Positions 37,451 through 47,129 of a DNA stretch of 64,000 bases are shown one piece after another; position 1 is the first letter of the stretch; every line of letters starts with the position of its first letter. The position numbers and the translations under genes were made by a program. Source of the DNA: Thermodesulfobacteriota bacterium. GTDB lineage: Bacteria; Desulfobacterota_D; UBA1144; Nemesobacterales; Nemesobacteraceae. The stretch spans positions 128,001 to 192,000 of the forward strand of contig OZ241855.1 of assembly GCA_965202785.1 (NCBI GenBank), given 5' to 3'. Below the pieces are notes generated by a model. It was given only the letters and a program-made list of their open reading frames with translations. It did not search any database and had not been told where the DNA came from.

Positions 37451-38230
37451 ATCTGGGGAGCAATTATTGGAGACATCGCAGGTTCCATCTATGAATGGAA
37501 CCCTATCAAGACGAAGGAGTTTCAGTTCCTCGCAGACCACTGCTTCTACACCGACGACTCGGTGTGTACAGCAGCGGTCGCTGAGATCCTGCTTGACAAC
37601 CTGCCCGCCGCGCCCACTCTGCAGCAATGGTGCCGGGATCATCCGGACCGCGGCTACGGCGGCATGTTCAGAAACTGGATCATGCTCCCTGATCCCGAGC
37701 CATATCACAGCTATGGAAACGGAGCGGCAATGCGAGTGTCGCCATCTGCCCTCCTTAACCGAAGCCGTCCGCTTGAAGAGGCTCTTAAGGCCGCCGACCG
37801 GGTAACCGAAATCACCCACAACCACCCCGAGGGAATAAAGGGAGCTAGGGCCGCCACGCACGCCATCTGGCTCGCCTTTCAGGAATATGGACCGGAGCAC
37901 ATACGCCGGACCATCGAACGCGAATACGGATACGATCTCTTCAGGACAGTCGACCAGGTCCGACCTGGATACTCCTTCAATGAGACCTGCCAAGGAACCG
38001 TTCCCGAAGCTATCACGTGCGCGCTTGAATCGACGAGTTTCGAAGACGCCATTCGAAACGCAATCTCACTTGGAGGGGACTCCGACACGCTTGCGGCGAT
38101 TGCGGGACCGATTGCCGAAGCTATGCACGGGATTCCCCATGACTTGGTGGCAATAGCGATGGACCGGCATCTCACCAACGACCCGGACATTGTCAACGTG
38201 ATGACAAGAATGTACGAGGCGGGGGTCTGA
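37451..38230 (+). CDS. ADP-ribosylglycohydrolase (conserved N-terminus begins at ATC)
   Basis: (I)WGAIIGDIAGSIYE..YTDDSV is in frame with the track ORF; SYGNGAAMRVSP, THNHPEG and GGDSDT motifs; AGGAGG lies 8 nt before the ATC. Confidence 0.9.
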   Translation: MWGAIIGDIAGSIYEWNPIKTKEFQFLADHCFYTDDSVCTAAVAEILLDNLPAAPTLQQWCRDHPDRGYGGMFRNWIMLPDPEPYHSYGNGAAMRVSPSALLNRSRPLEEALKAADRVTEITHNHPEGIKGARAATHAIWLAFQEYGPEHIRRTIEREYGYDLFRTVDQVRPGYSFNETCQGTVPEAITCALESTSFEDAIRNAISLGGDSDTLAAIAGPIAEAMHGIPHDLVAIAMDRHLTNDPDIVNVMTRMYEAGV

Positions 38231-38302
38231 GCTGGAAAACAGCTGGAATTTTCTCTTGGAAAACCATTTCCGGGCTTGCGGCAAAATGTCTCAAACGGCA
38301 TG

Positions 38303-38365
38303 TTCTTTACTTTTTGCCATAAGGTAAAGAATATGCTATCCTTACCATTACCGACTTTGTAAAGA
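38303..38365. promoter_or_regulatory. Two tandem palindromic operators for the AbrB-VapC module
   Basis: ttctttac-N13-gtaaagaa and tccttac-N13-gtaaaga. Confidence 0.55.
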
Positions 38366-38373
38366 GGTGCAAA

Positions 38374-38592
38374 ATGCCAAAAGTCAGCGGTAAAAGACAA
38401 ATCACGCTCCCGGCCAGCCAGTGCAATCAACTTGGCATTAAGCCTGGTGACGATATTGAAACCTTTGTTGCTGATGGCCGCTTAACCATAGTTAAAAAGG
38501 TAAAAGGGTCCGCCCGGAACCTGCTGCAACACGTTAAGGGTGATCCTTCAATAACAGATCAGGAATCTCTGGAAGACTCCCTGGGTTCATGA
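38374..38592 (+). CDS. AbrB/MazE/SpoVT-family antitoxin
   Basis: KVSGKRQITLP..LGIKPGD motif. Confidence 0.9.
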   Translation: MPKVSGKRQITLPASQCNQLGIKPGDDIETFVADGRLTIVKKVKGSARNLLQHVKGDPSITDQESLEDSLGS

Positions 38593-38996
38593 TCGCGGTC
38601 GATACCAATGTGCTGTTGCGTTATCTGCTGAATGATGATGCGGCGCAGGCCGATACAGCGGCCAGTCTGATCAAAGGCGCAGATACGGTTTTGATAACTG
38701 ATGTGGTGCTGGTAGAAACCCTCTGGACCTTAAGCGGGAAGAAGTACCGGCTTAACAGAAATCAGCTGGCCGCGGTGGTTCACGCATTATTTGAGGAACC
38801 GAACATACGCTTTGAAGACGGGCCGGCCGTGTGGATGGCTTTAAATGACTATCGAGAATCTGACGGAACTGATTTTGCGGATTCTCTGATCATAAATAAG
38901 GCCCGCGCGGTAGCCAAAGCGCAGGGCGGTTCATTTTCCGGTTCCTATACTTTTGATAAAGCCGCCCAGAAGCTGCAAGGGGCAAAAAAACCATAG
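38589..38996 (+). CDS. vapC: VapC/PIN-domain toxin
   Basis: MIAVDTNVLLRYL, VETLW, DFAD and YTFD motifs; ATGA overlap with the antitoxin. Confidence 0.92.
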   Translation: MIAVDTNVLLRYLLNDDAAQADTAASLIKGADTVLITDVVLVETLWTLSGKKYRLNRNQLAAVVHALFEEPNIRFEDGPAVWMALNDYRESDGTDFADSLIINKARAVAKAQGGSFSGSYTFDKAAQKLQGAKKP

Positions 38997-39100
38997 AACG
39001 GTTGTTGATCACGCATCCTTCCCTGCAACTCAACCAAGTCCGACAAAGACGGGTTCAGATTAAACACACAGAGTATTGAAAAAGACCCCAAACGTCCGGG

Positions 39101-40072
39101 CTAAATATAGATTCCCATGTATTCCATGGCCCTTTTGACGTTCGCCGGGCTCTGGGTCTCCCCCCTGCAGCTGTACCAGCAGGAAGTGCACTTGGTTTTT
39201 TCGTAAAGGTCCGGTTTGTATTCGCTGTAGTGGGCGGCGACGGGCATCTCGGAGCAGCGTTTCAGGTGCCCGCTCGGGGTAACGTGTATCTGGTTGAGGC
39301 CGGCCAGGCAGTCGGGAACGCTTCCCCTCTCGAAATAGCCCGGGATTTCCCTCAGGTAGTACTCGGTTGAGAGTATCGTTCCCTTCCACTCCTTTCGAAG
39401 CGCGATCAGTTCCTCTACAAGGTCGCTTACCTTCGAGAGGGCTTCTTTTTTCACGAAGTGGTCTTCGTTGTTGGTTTTCATGACCGAGTAGGAACTGAAG
39501 GATATGGCTATTCCCCACTCCCTGGCCTTCTTCGCTATCTCGACCACCTCGTCGAGGTTGTCTTCCATTATTATGGTGTTGAGCACGAGGCTTTTGTCAG
39601 GAAACCGCTCCGCCAGTTCGGGCAGGGTTTCCGACAGTTTTTTCCAGAGACCCGGAATGCCCCTGTATGTGTCGTGCTTTTCGCCCGGAAAATCAAGGGA
39701 AACGGCGATCTGGTCCATCCCCGCGTCGAAAAGCTCTTCGGTTTTCTCTTCGTTAAGAAAATCTCCCTTGGTAACCATGGAAGTGAAAATGAATATCGAG
39801 CATCCCTTTATCTGTCTCACGATATCGGGAAGGTCCTTTCTGATCATGGGTTCCCCGCCCGTGATAACAGTAACGAGGGGGTTTATCTTCTTTATTACCG
39901 GAGTGTAGTCGGAAAGACGCTCCTCGTGCTTTGTCTGCCAGTAGTCGCAGAAATCGCAGCGGGCGTTGCAAAGCTTTGTTATCTCAAGATTGAGGAGTTT
40001 CGGCCTTCCTGTGGCCTTGATGTAGAAATATTTTAATGTGCCGCTTAGGGCCTGTCTTGGATGTATCATCAA
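39101..40072 (-). CDS. Radical SAM protein with a C-terminal Twitch/SPASM-like Cys motif
   Basis: CNARCDFC, TGGEP and C-terminal CLAG..C..CTSCWYSC. Confidence 0.88.
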   Translation of the reverse strand: MMIHPRQALSGTLKYFYIKATGRPKLLNLEITKLCNARCDFCDYWQTKHEERLSDYTPVIKKINPLVTVITGGEPMIRKDLPDIVRQIKGCSIFIFTSMVTKGDFLNEEKTEELFDAGMDQIAVSLDFPGEKHDTYRGIPGLWKKLSETLPELAERFPDKSLVLNTIIMEDNLDEVVEIAKKAREWGIAISFSSYSVMKTNNEDHFVKKEALSKVSDLVEELIALRKEWKGTILSTEYYLREIPGYFERGSVPDCLAGLNQIHVTPSGHLKRCSEMPVAAHYSEYKPDLYEKTKCTSCWYSCRGETQSPANVKRAMEYMGIYI

Positions 40073-40170
40073 CTCTATCCTTCCCGTCTATTATAAATTA
40101 TCCGCGTGATTTACCAAACGCCTACGTAAAACTGTATAATTAATGAAGAAACCAAGGGGAGGTAAAGCAC

Positions 40171-40452
40171 TTGTCGGTAAAAACAATAGAAGTTGAAATC
40201 TACCAGTGTGATCACGTAAGTCCCGGAGGGGAGCGATGCGAACTTTCGGGAGAAAGAAACCAGATCAAGCAGTGCGTCAGGTGCGGAATGGATATCTGCA
40301 GTCGCCACTACCAGCTGATCACGGTTAACCGAAGCGGCGGCACCCTTCTTTCCTACTACTTCTGCTTCGATCACGCAGAGGAATTCATCAACTCGCATAT
40401 AGAGGACCTCGGAGACACAAGACCCACCGGAGCGGGCGGTATGGGGAAATAG
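40171..40452 (+). CDS. Small Cys/His-rich hypothetical protein
   Basis: GGAGGT RBS and TTG start; CDH, CVRC, CSRH and CFDH motifs. Confidence 0.65.
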   Translation: MSVKTIEVEIYQCDHVSPGGERCELSGERNQIKQCVRCGMDICSRHYQLITVNRSGGTLLSYYFCFDHAEEFINSHIEDLGDTRPTGAGGMGK

Positions 40453-40482
40453 GCAAACCCTGGGAACCAGCCCCAGAGAACC

Positions 40483-42039
40483 ATGAAACTCTCGACCAAG
40501 CAGATCTCAAGGGAAATAGACCGAAGGACGATTGAGGAATTCGGAGTTCCGGGCGTCGTGCTGATGGAGAACGCCGGAAGAGCGGTGGCGTCGGCCATCC
40601 TCGCCGAGTGCCCCTCCGCAAAGAAGATGGCGGTTGTCTGCGGCGCCGGAAACAACGCCGGGGACGGTTTTGTAATCGCGCGCCATCTTATTTCCTCGGG
40701 AAAAGAGGTAAGCGTCCACATCACGGAGAAAAAGGAACGCTACAGGGGTGACGCGAAAACAAACCTCGACTCGCTTCTCGAGATCGAAGCCGACGTAAGG
40801 GAACTCGGCGGAAAACTCCCCAGAATAAAAGACACTGAAGTCATAGTCGACGCCATCTTCGGTACCGGGCTCGACAGGGATGTGGAAGGATTTTACGAGA
40901 AACTTATAAAATTCATAAACCGCCAGAGCGCCCGGCGTATTTCCGTGGACATACCCTCGGGACTTGACGCCGACACGGGGCGGCCTCTCGGGGCGGCGGT
41001 GCAGGCAGACGTCACGGTCACCTTCGCCCCGGCCAAGCTCGGGATGTGCGTTCACCCGGGAGTGGATTACACAGGAAAGCTCTGCGTAACGGACATAACA
41101 ATCCCCAGGACGCTTTGGGAGAATCTTCCCTTTGAACTTCTCACGTTTCAAAAATGCCGGGGACTCATTAAAAAAAGGGCCTCCGATTCACACAAGGGAA
41201 CCTACGGACATCTTCTCGTGCTCGCCGGCTCTCCGGGAAAAAGCGGGGCCGCTGTCCTCTCCGCCGAGGCGGCGCTTCGCGCCGGAAGCGGACTCGTAAC
41301 CTTGGGGGTTCCGGAAAGCATATCCTCGGCTGTCGAGGAAAAGACAACAGAAGTGATGTCCGTTTCGCTTAAAGACTCAAAGGACGGGACTTTCCATCCC
41401 GACGCCCACGAAGAGGTGCTCAGGGAACTTGAAGGGAAAAAGACGGCGCTTGCCGTCGGCCCGGGGATATCGACCTCAAAAGGCACGGGAAAGTTTCTTG
41501 AAAAAGTGATAACCCGGTGCGAAGTGCCGGTTGTGCTTGATGCCGACGCCCTTAACATAATTTCAAAGAACCCCGATATGCTCAGGAAAACAAAAATCCC
41601 CGCGGTAATAACTCCGCACCCCGGGGAAATGGCAAGGCTCTGCGGCGTAAGAACAAAACAGGTGCAGGATGACCGCGTCGGGATCTCGACCCGGTTTTCC
41701 GAAAAATACGGATGCTACGTTGTTCTTAAGGGAGCGAGAACGGTCGTCTCCACCCCCGACGGGAAAGTGTTCATAAACCCGACCGGAAATTCCGCCATGG
41801 CCACGGCCGGAACCGGAGACGTGCTTACGGGAATAATCGGGGGACTTGCGGCCCAGGGATACGACCCCCTTCAGTCCTGCCTGCTCGGCGTTTTTCTCCA
41901 CGGCCACGCGGCCGACCTTCTTTTAGAAGAGACGGGCACCGCGGGCTTTACCGCCTCTGAAATATCGCGTAAAATCCCCGCTTCAAGAAATTCCGTCATC
42001 TCATCCACGAAAGAAAGGCACTTCGCCACGGTAAGATAG
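40483..42039 (+). CDS. nnr: Bifunctional NAD(P)H-hydrate epimerase/dehydratase
   Basis: LMENAG, GNNAGDG, DAIFGTG, HKGTYG, TPHPGE and ATAGTGDVL motifs. Confidence 0.96.
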   Translation: MKLSTKQISREIDRRTIEEFGVPGVVLMENAGRAVASAILAECPSAKKMAVVCGAGNNAGDGFVIARHLISSGKEVSVHITEKKERYRGDAKTNLDSLLEIEADVRELGGKLPRIKDTEVIVDAIFGTGLDRDVEGFYEKLIKFINRQSARRISVDIPSGLDADTGRPLGAAVQADVTVTFAPAKLGMCVHPGVDYTGKLCVTDITIPRTLWENLPFELLTFQKCRGLIKKRASDSHKGTYGHLLVLAGSPGKSGAAVLSAEAALRAGSGLVTLGVPESISSAVEEKTTEVMSVSLKDSKDGTFHPDAHEEVLRELEGKKTALAVGPGISTSKGTGKFLEKVITRCEVPVVLDADALNIISKNPDMLRKTKIPAVITPHPGEMARLCGVRTKQVQDDRVGISTRFSEKYGCYVVLKGARTVVSTPDGKVFINPTGNSAMATAGTGDVLTGIIGGLAAQGYDPLQSCLLGVFLHGHAADLLLEETGTAGFTASEISRKIPASRNSVISSTKERHFATVR

Positions 42040-42044
42040 TTCCC

Positions 42045-42539
42045 ATGGACCCCGCATTCCTACTAGAAGTAAGCAAACCCGAGCAGACTATGCTTTGCGG
42101 CGAGATAATGGGGAAACTCATACCCCCGGGCTCGGTTGTGGGACTCACGGGAGATCTCGGCGCGGGAAAAACGGTTTTCGCCAAGGGTCTTGCCCGCGGC
42201 CTGGGAATAGAGGAGGAACCCAACAGCCCCACATTCGTCATAATGAACTGCTACGAGGGCAGCGTGCCTCTTTTTCACTTCGATGTCTACAGGCTGTCGG
42301 GCGGCGCGGAGTTCGAGGATACGGGCTATGAGGAATTTTTCTACGGAGACGGAGTTTCCGTCGTGGAATGGGCGGACAAGGTACGGGATGTATTACCGGG
42401 AAACGCTGTTATAATTGATATCCAATTCCCGTCCCAAGGGGACGAGGAATCGAGAACAATAAAGGTTGCAGGTAAGGGAAAATGGCTCTTGTCGTTCAGA
42501 AATACGGCGGAACAAGCGTTGCTAGCATCGAAAAAATAA
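42045..42539 (+). CDS. tsaE: tRNA threonylcarbamoyladenosine ATPase TsaE
   Basis: GDLGAGKT, SPTF, HFDVYRL and VVEW motifs. Confidence 0.95.
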   Translation: MDPAFLLEVSKPEQTMLCGEIMGKLIPPGSVVGLTGDLGAGKTVFAKGLARGLGIEEEPNSPTFVIMNCYEGSVPLFHFDVYRLSGGAEFEDTGYEEFFYGDGVSVVEWADKVRDVLPGNAVIIDIQFPSQGDEESRTIKVAGKGKWLLSFRNTAEQALLASKK

Positions 42540-43720
42540 GGCGCGTAGCCGAGCACATAGTAGCAACGAAAAAGAAGAAAAACGACGTGATCGCGGTGGT
42601 CTCCGCCATGGCGGGGGAAACCGACAGGCTGGTCGGCCTCGCAAAAGAGGTGATGGATCCCCCCGATGAAAGGGAGTTTGACGTGATAACCTCAAGCGGG
42701 GAGCAGGTATCTTCCGGCCTTGTGGCCATGACGGTAAAATCGCTCGGGCAGGACGCGATATCTTTCCAGGGACACCAGATAAGGATCACCACCGACAACA
42801 TTTACTCCAAGGCGAAGATAAAATCGATTGACGACAGAAACATCCGTATTGCCCTGGGTGAAAAAAAGGCGGTCGTAGTAGCGGGATTCCAAGGAGTCGA
42901 CGAGAACGGGAATCTCACCACGCTCGGGCGGGGAGGCTCCGACCTGACCGCGGTGGCGCTCGCGGCCGTGATGGGGGCCGACGCGTGCGAGCTCTACAAG
43001 GACGACGTGGACGGGGTTTACACCACGGATCCCGGGATCTGTCCCGACGCAAGAAAACTCAGCCGGATTTCCTATGACGAGATGCTCGAAATGGCGTCTT
43101 TGGGCTCCAGGGTGCTTCAGGCCCGCGCGGTGGAATTTGCAAAAAAATTTAAAGTGCCTATACATGTTAAGTCAACTCCAAGGCCCGGGGAAGAGGGGAC
43201 GTGGGTTGTGGATGAGGAAAAAGTTATGAAATCCATGGAAGAAGTTCTGGTATCGGGAGTCTCCTACGACAGGGATCAGGCCAAGATCACCGTGACGCAG
43301 GTGCCCGACCAGCCCGGCATAGCGGCAAGGCTTTTCTCGTCGCTTGCCGACGAGAACATAGTGGTCGACATGATCGTTCAGAACGTGAGCACGGAAGGGT
43401 TTACCGACCTCACGTTTACCGTGCCCAAGTCGGATTTCAAAAAATCAATAGAACTCTCGGAGAAGATGGCCCGGGAGCTAGGGGCAAAGCAGGTGCTCTC
43501 TGACAACCTCATCTCCAAGATATCCCTTGTGGGAGTGGGGATGAAGACCCACTCCGGAGTGGCTTCGCGCATGTTCAGGACGCTTGCAAACGAGGGAATT
43601 AACATTATGATGATAAGCACTTCGGAAATAAAAATCTCCTGCGTGCTTGAGGAAAAAGACACGGAGACTGCCGTAAGGACTCTTCACAACGCTTTTAATC
43701 TTGGAAAAACCGATGAGTAA
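42482..43720 (+). CDS. lysC: Aspartate kinase
   Basis: VQKYGGTSV, VVSAM, TTLGRGGSD and two ACT domains. Confidence 0.96.
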   Translation: MALVVQKYGGTSVASIEKIRRVAEHIVATKKKKNDVIAVVSAMAGETDRLVGLAKEVMDPPDEREFDVITSSGEQVSSGLVAMTVKSLGQDAISFQGHQIRITTDNIYSKAKIKSIDDRNIRIALGEKKAVVVAGFQGVDENGNLTTLGRGGSDLTAVALAAVMGADACELYKDDVDGVYTTDPGICPDARKLSRISYDEMLEMASLGSRVLQARAVEFAKKFKVPIHVKSTPRPGEEGTWVVDEEKVMKSMEEVLVSGVSYDRDQAKITVTQVPDQPGIAARLFSSLADENIVVDMIVQNVSTEGFTDLTFTVPKSDFKKSIELSEKMARELGAKQVLSDNLISKISLVGVGMKTHSGVASRMFRTLANEGINIMMISTSEIKISCVLEEKDTETAVRTLHNAFNLGKTDE

Positions 43721-45305
43721 CTCTAGAACCGTTGAGATATACGACGTGACCCTGCGCGATGGAACCCAGGGGGAAAACATATCCTTTTCCATACACGACA
43801 AGATCCGGATAACGCAGAGACTGGACGACCTCGGGGTGCATTACATCGAGGGCGGATGGCCCGGCTCCAACGAGAGGGACAAGGGGTATTTTGAGGAAGC
43901 TAAGAAACTGGGGCTTAAAAACGCGAGCGTCGCGGCTTTCGGAAGCACAAGACGCGCGAGGAAAAGCTGCGAGGAAGACGCGAGCATACAGGCGCTTTTG
44001 CAGGCTGAAACCCCGGTCGTGACGATTGTCGGGAAAAGCTGGGACTTCCAGGTCACAGAAGCTCTCAAAATAGAGCTTGAAGAGAACCTCGAGCTAGTAC
44101 ACGACTCGATCGAGTACCTGAAACGCCACGTGGACAAGGTGTTTTTCGACGCCGAGCATTTCTTTGACGGCTGGAAGAGAAATTCCGAGTACTCGGCGAA
44201 GGTTCTTGAAACCGCCTACGGAGCGGGGGTCGACACGGTCGTTCTCTGCGACACAAACGGCGGCTCCATGCCCTGGGACGTCGAGGGCGCCGTAAGGGAA
44301 GTTAACGGCATGTTTGATAACCCGAGCCTCGGAATACACACCCATAACGACAGTGAAGTCGGAGTCGCTAACACGCTTTACGCGGTAAGGGGAGGAGCGT
44401 CCCAGGTCCAGGGAACCATGAACGGCTACGGGGAGCGGTGCGGAAACGCCAATCTCTGCGCCATAATACCGAATATCGCCTTAAAGCTCGGGATGGATTC
44501 CATTTCCCAAGAAAACCTGAAAAAACTTTATTCGGTGTCCCATTTCATTCACGAGCTCACAAACCTTCCGCCTCTCAAGAAACAGGCCTTTGTCGGCGAG
44601 AGCGCCTTCGCCCACAAAGGGGGAATTCACGTAAGCGCCGTAATGAAGAATTCAGACACCTACGAGCACGTAGAGCCCCGCAGCGTCGGCAACAGGAGGC
44701 GGGTGCTGGTGTCTGACCTCTCCGGCCGGGCCAACATAGCCTACAAGGCCCAGGAACTGGGAGTGGAAATAGACCCCAAGGACGAAAGAATCCTGGACAT
44801 ACTGAACGAGCTAAAGGTTCTCGAGAACCAGGGTTACGAATTCGAGGGGGCGGACGCGTCCTTTGAACTGCTGGTGAGAAAAACCCTGGGCACCTATAAA
44901 AAGCGGTTTTATCTCAAGAACACCCGGACGCTGGTGGAAAAGCGGGAAGGAGACGAGGAGCCGCTCTCGGAGGCCACCGCGGAGGTCCAGGTAAACGGCG
45001 TCACGGACTACACGGTGTCAAGGGGGAACGGTCCCGTAAACGCGATAGACGGGGCGCTTCGGAAATCGCTTGAGAAATTCTTCCCGAGTCTTAAGACCCT
45101 GCGGCTGCTGGATTACAGGGTAAGAGTGGTGTCAAGGTCGGGCGGCACCGATTCCGTGGTAAGGGTGCTTGTGGAATCGGGAGACGGCGAGAAGACGTGG
45201 AGCACGGTGGGGGTTTCCGACAACATAGTGGAAGCGAGCTGGAAGGCTCTTGTCGACAGCATAGACTACAAGATATTAAAGGACGAGCTCGACGCCCGAG
45301 ATTAG
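43713..45305 (+). CDS. cimA: Citramalate synthase
   Basis: YDVTLRDGTQGE, IEGGWPGSN, DAEHFFDG, HTHND and AFAHKGGIH motifs. Confidence 0.92.
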   Translation: MSNSRTVEIYDVTLRDGTQGENISFSIHDKIRITQRLDDLGVHYIEGGWPGSNERDKGYFEEAKKLGLKNASVAAFGSTRRARKSCEEDASIQALLQAETPVVTIVGKSWDFQVTEALKIELEENLELVHDSIEYLKRHVDKVFFDAEHFFDGWKRNSEYSAKVLETAYGAGVDTVVLCDTNGGSMPWDVEGAVREVNGMFDNPSLGIHTHNDSEVGVANTLYAVRGGASQVQGTMNGYGERCGNANLCAIIPNIALKLGMDSISQENLKKLYSVSHFIHELTNLPPLKKQAFVGESAFAHKGGIHVSAVMKNSDTYEHVEPRSVGNRRRVLVSDLSGRANIAYKAQELGVEIDPKDERILDILNELKVLENQGYEFEGADASFELLVRKTLGTYKKRFYLKNTRTLVEKREGDEEPLSEATAEVQVNGVTDYTVSRGNGPVNAIDGALRKSLEKFFPSLKTLRLLDYRVRVVSRSGGTDSVVRVLVESGDGEKTWSTVGVSDNIVEASWKALVDSIDYKILKDELDARD

Positions 45306-46264
45306 CCCTGCGCCCGTTTAGCGCTCCCTCTTTTTATTACAGCCCCAAGATGTTTGCGGTTTCTTTCCCTGGCAAGTCTCATCTGCTTCTGCCTTTCCTC
45401 AAGCGATGAAATCCTCTCGGGAGTAAGCTTTGCGTGGCAGCGGGGACAAGATATCCCCTCGCGGAATCCCTCGGATTCCCTGTCCTCCGGAGATACGGGC
45501 GCCCTGCAGTTCCTGCACGTACTCCATATTCCCCTAGAAAGGTCGTGGCCGACAGAGGTGCGGTCATCGAACACGAAACACTCCCCTTCCCAGAGGCTCT
45601 GCTCGCGCGGAACCCGCTCGAGGTAGGAAAGCACCCCTCCTTCAAGCTGATACACGCGCTGAAACCCCCTCTCAAGAAGATAGGATGTCGCTTTCTCGCA
45701 CCTTATCCCGCCCGTACAGAACATCGCAACTTCCTTGTGCTCCGCGGGGTCGAGGTTTTCTCTCACGTATTCGGGAAACTCCCTGAAGTGCCCCGTCTCG
45801 GGATTCACTGCGCCCCTGAAGGTTCCAACACGGTTCTCATAATCGTTCCTCGTGTCTATAACAAGCACGTCGGGGCGGCTTATAAGCTCGTTCCACTGCT
45901 CGGGCGGTACGCGCTGCCCCGAGAGGCGCTGCGGCTTTATGCCGCTTACACCCATGGGGACCAGCTCCTTTTTAAATTTCACCTTGAGCCTGTGAAAGGG
46001 GCTTTTCTCGTTGTAACTGAGCTTGTACTGCGCGCCCGAGAGCCTCGCGTCGCTCTCAAGACAGGCAATGAGCCCCTCTACGCCCTCACGGGGACCCGCC
46101 ACGGTGGCGTTTATTCCCTCAGAAGCGAGAATGAAGGTGCCGTTTATGCCGTTTTCCCCGCAAAACGAGAGCAGGGAGTTCTTTATTTCCAAGAGGTCGT
46201 CAAGATCAACGAACTTGTAGAAGGAGAGTACCGCGACGCCTTGGCTTTCGGGCCGCTTACTCAT
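45302..46264 (-). CDS. trhO: Rhodanese-related tRNA hydroxylase (TrhO/YceA)
   Basis: FYKFV, EGINAT, DTRNDYE, MFCTGGIRCEKA and GECFVFD motifs. Confidence 0.9.
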   Translation of the reverse strand: MSKRPESQGVAVLSFYKFVDLDDLLEIKNSLLSFCGENGINGTFILASEGINATVAGPREGVEGLIACLESDARLSGAQYKLSYNEKSPFHRLKVKFKKELVPMGVSGIKPQRLSGQRVPPEQWNELISRPDVLVIDTRNDYENRVGTFRGAVNPETGHFREFPEYVRENLDPAEHKEVAMFCTGGIRCEKATSYLLERGFQRVYQLEGGVLSYLERVPREQSLWEGECFVFDDRTSVGHDLSRGIWSTCRNCRAPVSPEDRESEGFREGISCPRCHAKLTPERISSLEERQKQMRLARERNRKHLGAVIKRGSAKRAQG

Positions 46265-47120
46265 CCGCCCCTACCCCGCTCAGGCTCTCCCACATTGAGA
46301 GGTAAGCCAGAAGATGCCGGCGCCTTTCGGGACTCTCGGCCTCTTGTTTTATCATATCGCGAAGCAGGCGCTGTTCCTCTGTGTAGCGCTCCGAATCGAG
46401 GTGTCCTATCGAGCGGGCCATCCTGAGCCACAGAAGATAGGTAGTGAGAGCGTCGCACTCGTTATAAGCGACTATCTCGTCAAGTCTTCCTTCAAGCCAC
46501 ATTGGAGCGACCTGCTTCCCGTCTACTCCCTCCATCTTGCCCGGGATTCCGCTTACGACCGATATTTCGTGAAGAGACGGGGTGCCCTTCCCCCAGGCAC
46601 TCACGCAGCGCATCAGATCGACGTTCCAGTCGCTTCCGCGGGCGAAAAAATCGGCTCCTTCCCAAGGCCTGTTGGGCCTCTGGGTGAAAAAACCGCCCCC
46701 GAGCCCGTGCTTGATCATTCTCTGGGCAAGAATCGGTATGTCGGAACCCGAGGAGTTGTACCCCACAAGCTGCGGGCGGTGCTTGTCGAGAATCCTGAAA
46801 AACTCTTCTATGATTCTTCTCTCCGAGCAATCCTCTTCAGAAGTCGGAATCGACGGAATCGAGTGAAGCTTGAGTCTTGAGACCGTTCCGCCTTTTTCTT
46901 CCTCCCGGAATACCATCGAGATGGAAACTATTTTCGAGAGGACCGTCTTGAGAAACGGCATCGGCTCTTCCTCGGTCGCCCCGCCCTGCTGCCACATGAA
47001 CTCGATCACCTCGCGATCGGGCATATCCCCCGGAAGTCCGTACGCGGCCTTTCCCGACTCGGGGTCGGGAACCCATTCTATGTCGAAGGCAAGAACCCGG
47101 GATTTTACTTCTCTGAACAT
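46257..47120 (-). CDS. 3'-5' exonuclease (PolB exonuclease-like)
   Basis: AFDIEWVPD, PQLVGYN..DIP, SLHE..GIPGK and YNECD motifs. Confidence 0.85.
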   Translation of the reverse strand: MFREVKSRVLAFDIEWVPDPESGKAAYGLPGDMPDREVIEFMWQQGGATEEEPMPFLKTVLSKIVSISMVFREEEKGGTVSRLKLHSIPSIPTSEEDCSERRIIEEFFRILDKHRPQLVGYNSSGSDIPILAQRMIKHGLGGGFFTQRPNRPWEGADFFARGSDWNVDLMRCVSAWGKGTPSLHEISVVSGIPGKMEGVDGKQVAPMWLEGRLDEIVAYNECDALTTYLLWLRMARSIGHLDSERYTEEQRLLRDMIKQEAESPERRRHLLAYLSMWESLSGVGADE

Positions 47121-47129
47121 CCGCCGCGG

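Noticed and set aside
42482-42539. 58-bp overlap of tsaE and lysC
   Set aside because: Probably a simple stop-codon drift of the tsaE tail; both proteins look intact.
45434-46426. 330-aa plus-strand ORF
   Set aside because: Antisense shadow of trhO and the exonuclease gene.
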